NCBI GenBank assembly: GCA_030390025.1
Contig: CM059426.1
Span: 215,636,001-215,690,709, forward strand
From: Squalus acanthias
Taxonomy: Eukaryota
Direction of reading: 5' to 3'
DNA: 54,709 nt
The translations under genes were made by a program, and so were the position numbers. Of the stretch, positions 36,551 to 48,332 are shown piece after piece; positions within the stretch are counted from its first letter, which is position 1, and the number at the start of each line of letters is the position of its first letter. A model generated the notes under the pieces. That model made no database searches. It saw nothing but the letters and a program-made list of their open reading frames with translations, and was not told the origin of the DNA.

Positions 36551-37057
36551 GCTGGATCTGAATGAGACCACGCAACATGATGGAATAATGAACGGAGTAG
36601 TTTGAGCCAAAGACTAACGTTACAGTGCAAGTACAGTGAGCTAATGTACATGCAAGCTAAGCTCAAACAAGACAACACCCAGAGACACAACTCATCAAGG
36701 CCTCCCCAGAGGAGCCAATGCTACAGCAGCCAACCAACTGAAAGATTCATAGGTGATGAATAGCCAGTGACATATTGAATACTTAGTGAGCTTAATCTTC
36801 CTAAACCATACTGCCCACACTGGGCAGTGTTGGACTGCATGCCAGTTGTGACTGGCTTGGGTTTGCGTAACTTAATACAATTTAGACTGGGTAATGCAAG
36901 ACTATTCAAAGGCAATCTAGTTTGGTATCTTGTAGATGGTAGATCGCCAACCTAATTTCCTGATGTGATGGTGTAGAAAAAGGGAAAGACTCGTGTAACT
37001 CCTTTGATTAATAGTCCTTATGTATTTTACTGATTTACCATTTATTAATCTTACATT

Positions 37058-37385
37058 ACTTTCAAAAGGCATTTGACAAAGTACCAGATAATAGACTTGT
37101 TAGCAAAATTAAAGGCCATGGGATTGAAGGGACAGTGGCAGCGTGGATACAAAATTGGCTAAGGGACAGAAAGCAGAGAGAACGGTGAACGGTTGGGTTT
37201 CAGACTGGAGGGAAGTGTGCAGTGGTGTTCCCAAGGGATCGGTATTATGACCACAGCTATTTTTTATATATATTAATGACCTGGATTTGGGTATACAGGG
37301 CATAATTTTAAAAGTTTGCAGATGACATGAAACTCAGAAATGTAGTAAATAGCAAAGAGGATGGTAACAGACTTCAGGAGGACCT
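37058..37385 (+). mobile_element. CR1 RT fragment
   Basis: FQKAFDKV...GVPKGSVL...KFADD coding remnants. Confidence 0.8.
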
Positions 37386-37953
37386 ACAAAAGCAAAATAC
37401 TGCGGATGCTGGAAATCTGAAGTAAAAACAGAAAATGCTGGAAATACTCTGGTCAGGCAGTATCTGTGGAGAGAGAAACAGAGTTAATGTTTCAGGTCAA
37501 TGACCTTTCATCAGAACTGGGAAAGGTTAGAGATGTAACAGGTTTTAAGCAAGTGCAGAGGCAGGGAAAGGGGGGAGGGGAGGAAAGAACAAAAGAGGTC
37601 TGTGATCGGGTGGAAGGCAGGAGAGATTAAAAGACAAAAGGGATGATGGTGCAAAGCAAAAGGGGATGGTAATGGGACAAGAAAAGAAACAAAAGATGGG
37701 TCTAGAGGAGCTGAAAATGGGAATAGAAGATCATCAACAGCTCCTGTCTGAAAAAAATGGGGGCAGATCTGAAATTGTTGAACTCGATGTTGAGTCTGGA
37801 AAGGCTGTAATGTGCCTAAGCGAAAGATGAGGTGCTGTTCCTCAAGCTTACGTTGAGTTTCATTGGAACAGTGTAGGAGGCCGAGGACAGAGAGATCAGA
37901 GTGGGAGTGGAGCTGAGAATTAAACTGACAGGCTCGAGGAACAGCACCTCATC
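37385..37953 (-). mobile_element. Penelope-like element 3' end / pseudo-LTR
   Basis: Minus strand encodes QRKLEEQHLIFRLGTLQP...LNIEFN, resembling the C-terminus of Penelope GIY-YIG endonucleases; hammerhead motif downstream. Confidence 0.8.
37482..37518 (-). ncRNA. Minimal type I hammerhead ribozyme motif (probably mutated)
   Basis: Minus strand AGUU-CUGAUGA-A-AGGUC-AUU-GACCU-GAAA-CAUU-AACU: core boxes, 5-bp stem II and 4-bp stem I. Confidence 0.75.
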
Positions 37954-39855
37954 AGAGGAAGAGCTAGTAGGAGACCAGTAATTTAGTGATATACATGTTT
38001 TGTATGTGATTTCTAATAAATACAATGAGGGCTAATTGATCGCTGCACTCGCTAGATAATTTATGTGCAATGTGTTTAACATATATATGTAGGTGGATGT
38101 TGTACACTGACAAGATCAGTGGCTCATATTAATTTTTGCATACCACGGATTAAGTGGTAATAGGCAAGTGCACATTAGTTGAGAACCTCACAGCTAAGGG
38201 CCAATTACAGAAAAATAATAAATGCTGCAGATTTCTTTTCACATGTAAATCTCACCTTGGGGAGAACGAAAAAAACTTCTGGTAAGTTAGTTTTAATTAC
38301 AGGTTGTTAATCAACGTAGCACTCAACTCCAAGAATATTAAAACTTTATCTCTGGCTATCAACGTCCAGAAATGTGACCACACAAAGTCATTAAGCTCAT
38401 ATCTAATAAACTTGCAGAATATGACAACTTTTCAACAAACATTGCACGTATGATCTGAATTCTGTGAAGTAGAGATTTTAAGAATCATTTTACAATTTGT
38501 TGCCGTATATTAAGCCACAGTTCGAAAACTTCACCCGATCAAGATTTATTATGTTCTAGGCTAGTCTCAGAGCAACAGGGGAATGGAATTCTTTATTTCC
38601 ACTAACAGGATTTTAAAGTTCACCGTCACGCTTCTGAAAAGAGCCGAGAGGCAGTGCACATAACCTAATGAGCAATTAAATGGCCACAGACTTGTAATAA
38701 TCCCGATTAAAAATAATTCAAACACATTCATGCATGTTATGCTTTTTTGAATAAAAACCACACTATATAAAACAGAACATTTAATGAGGAAATGTGGAAA
38801 TTGTGATTTAAATATTAGTCGTGACTCCGTCACCTGTTTCCCCCGTCCATTGGCTTTGCAACACAGAACTATAGTCAAGGTATGTGGAAATCTAATCTGT
38901 AATAAAAGGAACCCATTTATACTTTTGCATCTAATAAGTGTTCCTAATCATGTTGTACCGTTAAAATGAAAAATAACCCTGTCCCACATGTAGAAACTTA
39001 CTCACTTCCATCACCACATCTCATTCAGCAGAATTGGTAATCACCCTTTTAAAACCAGAATTGGAACATAGGATCGGAAAGATTATTTCAATCCATCTGG
39101 TTCAACAACACAGCACACATTTCACTGCTTTTATCCCTCACTTGACTTTCTTGCCAAGTGCCTGTCCAACTCCTCCTTAAATTTACACATGTTAATAAGC
39201 TTAATCGGCTCCCTGGATCATCCATTTCCAACATTCACTGCCCTCTGTGTTAGTCGTGATATCTGATCTGTTTGTTCACCTTCCCTCTTTGGAGCTTCAT
39301 CCTTTTTTCAAGGACCACAGTGAATAGTCTCATAGGGTTTAACTTGTTGAGACTCTTAAGGTTCCTGAATATCTCGATAAAATCCACTCGAAGTCTTGCC
39401 TTCTCCAGCACCCAGCTTCTAGTGTTTCTATTTGGAGCTGAGATTTTGTGACTCCAATTTCATTCTCCTGGTTTTCTCCCCATTTGAGAATAAAAAGTAG
39501 CAATAATATTTAACTTTACAGGTCGTCATAAAAGCAATGCCAAGGAACCCAAGCCTCACCCCAGGTCAAGGTGGGTACAAGAGGTTCTCCTGCTTTAACA
39601 GAGTCTTGTATTTGTACAATGGATAGGTTAGCTCCCGACTCTAAACAACATACCGCCACTGGCTGTAGACTAATGTGATTCAACAAGATCTTGTTTTGTT
39701 GAGAATTTGCTGAGAGCCAGAAGCAAATTAAAACATTTGTTTTTTTTCACTGAAATGTAGCAGGTCTGCCGAGGGCCACAGTGAGGCGATGGTAAGCAAT
39801 GGTCCTCGCTGATCAAACTTCGCAATGAGGTGATGGTGGAGAAAGGTTCCTCGCT

Positions 39856-40606
39856 GATTTTTTATTTTTATTTATTCGTTCCTGGGATGTGGGCGTCGCT
39901 GGCGAGGCCAGCATTTATTGCCCATCCCTTGTTGCCCTTGAGAAGGTGGCAGTGAGCCGCCGCCTTGAACCGCTGCAGTCCGTGTGGTGAAGGTACTCCC
40001 ACAGTGCTGTTCGGGAGGGAGTTCCAGGATTTTGACCCAGAGACTATGAAGGAACAGCCGATATATTTCCAAGTCAAGATAGTGCGCGTAACTTGGAGGG
40101 GAACATGCAGGTGATGGTATTCCCATGTACTTGCTGCCCTTGTCCTTCTAGGTGGTCGAGGTCGCGGTTTTGGGAGGTGCTGCCGAAGAAGCCTTGGCGA
40201 GTTGCTGCAGTGCATCTTGTAGATGGTATACACTGCAGCCACGGTGCGCCGGTGGTGGAGGGAGTGAATGTTTAAGGTGGTGAATGTTTAAGGTGGTGGA
40301 TGGGGTGCCGATCAAGCAGGCTGCTTTGTCCTGGATGGTGTCCAGCTTCTTGAGTGTTGCTGGAGCTGCATTCATCCAGGCAAGTGGAGAGTATTCCATC
40401 ACACTCCTGACTTGTGCCTTGTGGGAGTCAGGAGGTGAGGCACTCTCCGGAGAATACCCAGCCTCTGACCTGCTCTCATAGCCACAGTATTTATGTGGCC
40501 GGTCCAGTTAAGTTTCTGGTCAATGGTGACCCCCCCAGGATGTTGATAGTGGGGGATTTGACGATGGTTGAATGTCAAGGGGCGGTGGTTAGACTTTCTC
40601 GTTGGA
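39856..40606 (-). mobile_element. 5'-truncated LINE 'B'
   Basis: ORFs 39868..40242 and 40148..40402 match 10092..10676; poly(T) at the left end. Confidence 0.9.
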
Positions 40607-40644
40607 GACCGGCACTGCTCTCGGCACTGGCCCAGATTCCAGAA

Positions 40645-41230
40645 CCCCCCTTCCCCCGCTCTCCATCCAGACCCATCCGCTGCTCTCTGTCCAGACCCCC
40701 TCCCCGCCCCCGCTCTCCATCCAGACCCATCCCCTGCTCTCCATCCAGACCCATCCCCTGCTCTCCATCCAGACCCCCTCCCCGCCCCCGCTCTCCATCC
40801 AGACCCATCCCCCTCCCCCCCGCTCTCCATCCAGACCCCCTTCCCCCCCGCTCTCCATCCAGACCCCCTTCCCCCCCCGCTCTCCATCCAGACCCCCTCC
40901 CCCCCCGCTCTCCATCCAGACCCCCTCCCCCGCTCTCCATCCAGACCCCCTCCCCCCCTCCCCCCCCGCTCTCCATCCAGACCCGTCCGCCGCTCTCCAT
41001 CCAGACCCCCTCCCCCCCCCGCTCTCCATCCAGACCCCCTCCCCCCCCGCGCTCCATCCAGACCCCCTCCCCCCCCGCTCTCCATCCAGACCCTCCCTCC
41101 CCGCTCTCCATCCAGACCCGTCCGCCGCTCTCCATCCAGACCCTCCCTCCCCGCTCTCCATCCAGACCCTCCCTCCCCGCTCTCCATCCAGACCCTCCCT
41201 CCCCGCTCTCCATCCAGACCCTCCCTCCAT
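40645..41230. repeat. C-rich minisatellite, core ccccgctctccatccagaccc, ~20 units of variable length
   Basis: Directly visible; G-rich on the minus strand. Confidence 0.95.
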
Positions 41231-42401
41231 TCAAAACGTGGTTGGCTGCTGGTTTCTCGTTGCCATGACGACCCAGTTGGAGCTGCTCATTATTGGTTCA
41301 GTTGCTTTCTTCCGCTGGCCTGGAGCAGTTATTCCAATTGGTAGAGGTGACCATGATCACAGCTCTCCTCTAAACACAGCACTGCTGGTGTTTCTATGGT
41401 GCTGAAATCCAGCGTCTTCACCCGTGTTACACAATGTTTCAGCAGATTACCAATGAGCAGTAACCAAAAGCGCACACGGGCAAAAACCTCGCACACTCGG
41501 CTTTCCATCTTACCGTTTTACCAACTAAAATGCAATTAATCATATCTGGGTTCCCAATTAGCCACATGTGGCTAGTGGCTAATGTCTGGGACAACACTGA
41601 TCCAGCTCACCGACCCACAGTACTCCTTTGCTGAATTTCTAATAACCCTGTGAAACCTGCCCTGATGCTATGCAAATCAGGGGGTAATGGAGTTGGTAAT
41701 TCAGATAGCACTTCTGAAAAATATGATTGAGTTTGAAGTCAGGCTTGCAATAGTGACAGGGAGGAATACAACAGGGACTCTCAATTTCAGGAAGGTGGGT
41801 CTTGAGGGGATGCAGAGAGAGAACTGAGTGAGCTGGACTGTGATATGTTGCACAAAACCCAAAGTAACCATGTGCCATCAAGAAAGAAGTGCAGCAGAGA
41901 AAGGGACAAGCTGACCTGGGCAACAAAAAGTTACTCTGGAGAGGAGGGTAAAAATATACACTTTGTTCAATTATCTACAGATGGGCGAAACAAAGATGAA
42001 TATAAAGCTATGGAAATTAAAAAACTGATTTGGAGAGCTAAAATAGAAACCACAATTAAGACTATGGAGAACATAAAGCACAATGTGACAGACTCTTGCA
42101 GATATATACGCTAAGAAAATAAGTGATTAAGGAAACAGCAAGAACCAAAGGGTGACGTGAAAGTGAGTGACCGAGGGACAGCAAATATTCTAAATTCAAG
42201 GCGGCGGATAACCACCACATTCAGGGCACCTCGGGAGGGGCAATAAAGGCGGCCTTGCTCGCATCCCTAGAATTAATTACCTGCCATGGCTATGCCACTG
42301 AATGTGAAGGATACACCAGTCACACAACACTACTGCCTATCCTCCAGCGAGCAGCCCAATTCAGCCATTCTGTGAACAACCTTCAATCGAGTTACGCTCA
42401 C

Positions 42402-43000
42402 CTGTACATTGCTAGATGCTAACCACGTGTTTGATCAAACCGAACTGCACACATACAGCCGCAAGAACTTTCTCCCATGGTTCTTGGGCTTTTTCGATTG
42501 TTCTGTCCTACCTTGCTGAGTACCTTGTACACTTTGCCTGTATGAAGTTCTCAAATTTTGACGGATCAAACGCCTGCCTACCTTTCAAAGCATCGGAGTT
42601 GCAAGAACTTTAAGAATTATTTAGAGGGCAGCCTGAATTGCTGACAAATCTGTTGAAATGAATTGAGAAACGCTACTTTATAAAAAAAATCCCTGTGGTG
42701 GCACATTACTGATCTGTTATCTTTGATAAAATGAGGATTCCACATAGGGCATCATTTGAATTCATTTTTAAGCCGATGCACAGAGGCATAAAATAAGTTC
42801 TGAGCAAATCCTCGCTCCTGCCAGCCTACGTCCTCCACTGGAAGTAAAGCCACTGCACCATGCAGCAAGTATGAATGTCCAATCACATAGTTCTGGATGC
42901 AGTAGGCCTTTGGATTCGTCCCTCTGCAGTTTGGTTCAGATTAATCTAAGAGGCTCAGGAACATCACTAAATCTTCCTGAATCACAGTGTGTCACCTCAC
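42402..43000 (-). pseudogene. Two exon-like segments (43000-42830 and 42649-42402) of an unidentified decayed gene
   Basis: Polypyrimidine-AG acceptors and GT donors (gtaggc, gtgagc); joined frame GEVTHCDSG...HPELCDWTFILAAW...ILKVLATPML has 4 stops in ~139 codons. No family recognised. Confidence 0.4.
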
Positions 43001-43585
43001 CTGTAAGAGGGAGAGAACCTGACAACTCCGGGTCTTGCTAATCCCTGCCAGTATGTTGGATATGTAATTAGCAATGCAGGCTTGTGAGAATAGTTACACC
43101 CACATTGACAGGAAACCAGATAAAGGTTATCCCAGTTTCACTGTGCAAGCACTTGGCATTTAACAGAAGAGCCTAGATCTTTGCCCAGATTGTACCCTCA
43201 GATCAGCCCTAATTAGAGGCAGCAGGTGGGCTCAACAGAATTGCATAGTAGAGTCATAACGGCACAAAAGGAGGCCATTCGGCCCATCGAGTCTATGCCG
43301 GCTCTCTGTAGAGCAATCCAGTCAGTCCCATTCCCCCGCTCTACCCCCGTAGCCCTGCAAGTTTACTTCCTTCAAGTGCCTATCCAGTCTCCCCTGGAAA
43401 ACATTGAGTGTCTCCACTTCCATCGGCAGCGAATTCCAAATCACCACTCGCTGCATAAAAAAGTTTTTCCTCACATCCCCCCTGTATCTCTTGCCCAATA
43501 ACTTAAATCTGTGTCCCCTAGTCCTTGTGCCATCAACTAGTGGGAACAGCCTTTCCCCGTCTAGCCTATCCAAATCCGTCATAAT

Positions 43586-43965
43586 CTTTCGCGGGCTTTT
43601 TTGCAGAGGCCAGTGTCGGGAGCGGAGAGAGCAGCAGCACAGTGAGTAGTTAAACTCACTTTCGCGGGCTTTTTTGCAGAGGCCAGTGTCAGGAGCGGAG
43701 AGAGCAGCAGCACAGTGAGTAGTTAAACTCACTTTCGCGGGCTTTTTTGCAGAGGCCAGTGTCGGGAGCGGAGAGAGCAGCAGCACAGTGAGTAGTTAAA
43801 CTCACTTTCGCGGGCTTTTTTGCAGAGGCCAGTGTCGGGAGCGGAGAGAGCAGCAGCACAGTGAGTAGTTAAACTCACTTTCGCGGGCTTTTTTGCAGAG
43901 GCCAGTGTCGGGAGCGGAGAGAGCAGCAGCACAGTGAGTAGTTAAACTCACTTTCGCGGGCTTTT
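43586..43965 (+). repeat. 73-bp tandem repeat (5 units plus a partial) in the CR1 'E' 5' UTR
   Basis: ctttcgcgggctttt recurs at 43586, 43659, 43732, 43805, 43878, 43951; units near-identical. Confidence 0.95.
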
Positions 43966-44441
43966 CTTTCACAGGCTGTTGTCGGGAGAGACGAGACCGG
44001 AAGCGGACCAGGTGGGAAGCACCCAGGTGAACGGCATTTAAGGAGGGTGGTGGCTTAAACCCGAGTTCCTACAGAGTAGGAACCCCCACCCGCCCTCCTC
44101 CTCTAACCTACTAGTCTTTTAGCAGTCTAAAAACAGAGGTCACAAATTTTTTGGTCTCAGTTTCTTTTCAGCAGGGCAGGAACCGGGAGGAGCGGGAAGT
44201 CGGTGTAGGACCAAGGGGACACAAGACCGGGAAGTCAGCGAAAGACCAGGGAGGTAAGACTAACTGGTAAGTACTTTCCTCAAACCTTCCTAGAAAGTAA
44301 AACTAAAACTAGTGGGATTTGGTTAGTTTAAAAAGGAATAAGACGAGTACAGTATACATTGGTCTAAGTAAGCTTCAGGAAAACAAAAGTCAATAAATAA
44401 ACTAAAACTAGAAAATTAAAAAGTAATATAAGGGTTAAGTC

Positions 44442-45389
44442 ATGGCAGTAGAGCTCGGACCTGTGTCATGCTCCTCCTGTAACATGTGGAAAATCAGGGA
44501 CGCTTCCTGTGTCCCTGACAACCATGTGTGCGGGAAGTGTGTCCAGCTGCAGCTCATGTGGGACCGCATGACGGCCCTTGAGCTGCGGATGGACTCACTT
44601 TGGAGCATCCACGATTCTGAGAGGGTTGTGGATAGCACATTTAGTGAGTTGGTCACACCGCAGGTTAAGGCCAGCGTAGATAGTACATGGGTGACCAAAA
44701 GGCAGAGCAAGGGCAGGAAGGTAGTGCAGAAATCCCCTGGGGTTGTCTCCCTTAGCAACAGGTTCACCGCCTTAGGTGCTGTTGTCGGGGGGGATGACTC
44801 ATCGGGGGAAGGCACCAGCAGCCAGGCTCATGGCACCATGACTGGCTCTGTTGCAAAGAAGGGAGGGAAAAAGAGTGGCAGGGCTATAGTAATAGGGGAT
44901 TCGATTGTAAGGGGAATAGATAGGGGTTTCTGTGGTCGCGACCGAGACTCCAGGATGGTATGTTGCCTCCCTGGTGCAAGGGTCAAGGATGTCTCGGCGC
45001 GGGTGCAGAACATTCTGGAGGGGGAGGGGGAACAGCCAGTTGTCGTGATACATGTTGGTACCAACGACGTAGCTAAAAAAAGGGAAGAGGTCCTACAAGT
45101 AGAATTTAGGGAGTTAGGAGCCAAGCTAAAAAGTAGGACCTCGAAGGTAGTAATCTCTGGATTACTACCAGTGCCACGTGCTAGTAAGAGTACAGAGAAC
45201 AGGATAGTTAGGCTAAATACGTGGCTTGAGCAGTGGTGTAAGAGGGAGGGTTTTAAATTTTTGAGGCATTGGAACCAGTTTTGTGGTAGGTGTGACCTAT
45301 ACAAAAGGGACGGTCTACACCTGTGCAAAGATGGAACTGATGTTCTCGGGGTAATTTTTGATAAAGCAGTTCGGGAGCATTTAAACTAG
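44442..45389 (+). CDS. CR1 ORF1 protein (zinc finger, leucine zipper, SGNH esterase), 315 aa
   Basis: CSSC...CGKC, heptad LMWDRMTALELRMDSL, SNRF, IGDSIVR, HVGTND, DGLHL. Confidence 0.93.
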   Translation: MAVELGPVSCSSCNMWKIRDASCVPDNHVCGKCVQLQLMWDRMTALELRMDSLWSIHDSERVVDSTFSELVTPQVKASVDSTWVTKRQSKGRKVVQKSPGVVSLSNRFTALGAVVGGDDSSGEGTSSQAHGTMTGSVAKKGGKKSGRAIVIGDSIVRGIDRGFCGRDRDSRMVCCLPGARVKDVSARVQNILEGEGEQPVVVIHVGTNDVAKKREEVLQVEFRELGAKLKSRTSKVVISGLLPVPRASKSTENRIVRLNTWLEQWCKREGFKFLRHWNQFCGRCDLYKRDGLHLCKDGTDVLGVIFDKAVREHLN

Positions 45390-48332
45390 TATGGCAGGGG
45401 GCTAGAAACCTATGTAGTGAAATAGAGGAAAGTGAAAGGCAGACAGAAATAAATGGTAAAAGGGTGAGGAACAAAAAACAAAGGGCCAAACTAATTCATA
45501 AAAAATGTGAGCATAAAAAAAGCCTGAGGGTTTTATACCTTAATGCGAGAAGCATCAGGAACAAGGTAGATGAATTAGCTGTGGAAATAGAGGTTAATAA
45601 TTATGATCTAATTGGGATTACGGAAACATGGTTGCAGGGTGAGCAGGGCTGGGAGCTTAACATACAGGGGTATTCAGTATTTAGGAAGGATCGACAAAAA
45701 AGAAAGGGAGGAGGGGTAGCATTGCTGGTAAAAGAGGGGATAAATGCAATTGAAAGGAAGGATATTAACTCAGTTAATACAGAATCTATATGGGTGGAGC
45801 TAAGAAATAGCGAGGGGCGAAAAACATTAATAGGAGTGGTATATAGGCCTCCAAATAGTAAAATAGAGGTTGGGGAGGGCATCACGAGGGAAATTAGAGA
45901 AGCGTGCAATAAGAGCACAGCTGTCATCATAGGTGACTTTAACTTACATATAGATTGGACTAGCCTAATCAGTAAAAATAATGAGGAGGAGGAATTCCTT
46001 GAGTGTTTAAGGGATGGTTATCTGGATCAATATGTCGAGGAACCAACTCGGGAACAGGCTATATTGGACTGGGTACTGTGCAATGAGAAGGGACTAATTA
46101 GTAATCTTGTTGTACGGGGACCCTTGGGTCAGAGCGATCATAACATGATCGATTTCTCACTCGAAATGGAGAGCGAAGAAATTGACTCAGAGACTAAGGT
46201 CCTGAATTTAAACAAGGGGAATTATGATGCCATTAGACGGGAACTGAGTAGGTCTGATTGGACAACGTTCCTGGGAGGACTGGAGGTAAATAAACAATGG
46301 CAAGCATTTATAGATAGAATGACAAAATTGCAAAAATTGTTTATACCAATCTGGCATAAAAGGAAATCTAAAAAGGTGACTCAACCGTGGATAACAGGGG
46401 AAATTAGAGACAGCATAAAATCCAAAGATAGGGCGTATAAAATAGCCAAAAAAAGCGCCAGAGCGGAGGATTGGGAACAGTTTAAGATAGAGCAAAGGAG
46501 GACAAAGGGCTTAATCAAGAGGGGCAAAATAGCTTACGAAAGCAAGCTGGCGGAAAATATAAAAACTAACTCCAAAAGCTTTTATAAGTATATCAAGAGG
46601 AAAAGACTGGTGAAAACCAAAGTTGGCCCATTGCAGTCAGATACGGGGGAATATATAACGGGAAATAAGGAAATGGCAGACCAACTAAATGCATACTTTG
46701 GGTCAGTCTTTACGAAGGAAGACACAAAAAACCTCCCTGGGATATCGGGAAAAATAGGGACATTGGCAAAGGAGGAACTGACGCAAATCAATATCTCTAA
46801 GGATATGGTGTTAAGGAAGCTAAAGGGATTGAAGGCGGACAAATCCCCAGGGCCTGATAACATGCATCCTAGGGCTACTGAAGGAGGTGGCCCTAGAGAT
46901 AGCGGATGCACTAAGTATGATTTTTCAGAATTCATTAGACTCGGGAACAGTGCCCATGGATTGGAGGGTAGCTAACGTTACCCCACTATTCAAAAAGGGG
47001 GGTAGGGAAAAAGCAGGTAATTACAGACCTGTAAGCCTTACATCAGTTGTGGGCAAAATGCTGGAGTCCATCATTAAGGATGAAATAGCGGAGCACTTAG
47101 CAAATGGGGACAGGATAGGACAGAGTCAACATGGATTTACAAAGGGTAAATCGTGCTTGACTAATCTATTGGAATTTTTTGAGGGAGTAACTGGTAAAAT
47201 AGATGGGGGAGAGCCAGTAGATGTGGTGTACCTGGACTTCCAAAAGGCCTTCGATAAGGTCCCACATAAAAGATTAGCATGGAAAATTGAAGCTCATGGG
47301 ATAAAGGGGAAAGTATTGACGTGGATAGAGAACTGGCTGTCAGATAGAAAACAGAGAGTTGGAATAAACGGCTCATTTTCTGAATGGCAGGCAGTAACAA
47401 GTGGGGTACCACAGGGATCTGTCCTGGGTCCCCAGCTGTTCACAATTTACATTAATGACCTGGATCAGGGAGTCGGATGCAGCATTTCCAAATTTGCAGA
47501 CGACACTAAACTAGGAGGGGGGGTGGGCTCAGAGGAGGAGACCAGGAAGCTCCAGAGCGATTTGGACAGACTGGGTGATTGGGCGGATAAATGGCAGATG
47601 CACTATAATGTGGACAAGTGCGAAGTTATCCACCTTGGGTGCAGGAACGGGAGGGCAAATTATTATTTAAATGGCAATAAATTGGGAGAGGGGGAAGTAC
47701 AGAGAGACCTGGGTGCTCTTGTACACCAGTCACTGAAGGCGAGCATGCAGGTGCAACAGGCGGTCAAGAAGGCAAACGGTATGCTGGCCTTCATAGCAAA
47801 AGGGTTGGAATACAGGAACAGGGATACCTTGCTGCAGCTGTACAGGGCACTGGTGAGACCACACCTCGAGTACTGTGTACAGTTTTGGTCGCCTCATCTG
47901 AGGAAAGATGTTCTTGCCATGGAGGGGGTGCAGCGGCGATTCACCAGGCTGATACCAGGAATGGCGGGATTGACCTATGAGGAGAGACTATGTAGTTTAG
48001 GGATGTACACACTGGAGTTTAGAAGATTGAGAGGGGACCTCATAGAAGTGTATAAAATTCTGACAGGTCTAGACAGACTAGATGCAGAAGGAATGTTTCC
48101 CTTGGCGGGTGAGAACAGAACTAGAGGACATAATTTAAGGATAAGGGCTAAACCATTTAGGACAGAAATGAGGGGGAATTTCTTCACTCAGAGGGTGGTG
48201 AACCTGTGGAACTCATTGCCACAGAGGGCAGTGTACGCCAGCTCATTAAATATATTTAAGAGGGAATTAGATATATTTCTACAGGCAAAAGGGGTTAAGG
48301 GTTACGGAGAGAAGGCGGGGACGGGATACTGA
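45383..48332 (+). pseudogene. CR1 ORF2 (APE endonuclease + reverse transcriptase), one +1 frameshift at ~46875
   Basis: ORFs 45464..46975 and 46887..48332 join as HPRVLKEVALE if one C in agggctactg is removed; no other stops seen. Confidence 0.92.

Noticed and set aside
35954-36690. Repetitive ORFs (SMEMEPSHPG / MDLGTPECEGS) as a real protein
   Set aside because: A 39-bp unit keeps frames open on both strands; no splice or domain support.
40399-41405. Gly-rich and Pro-rich ORFs in all six frames
   Set aside because: Translation of a C-rich minisatellite.
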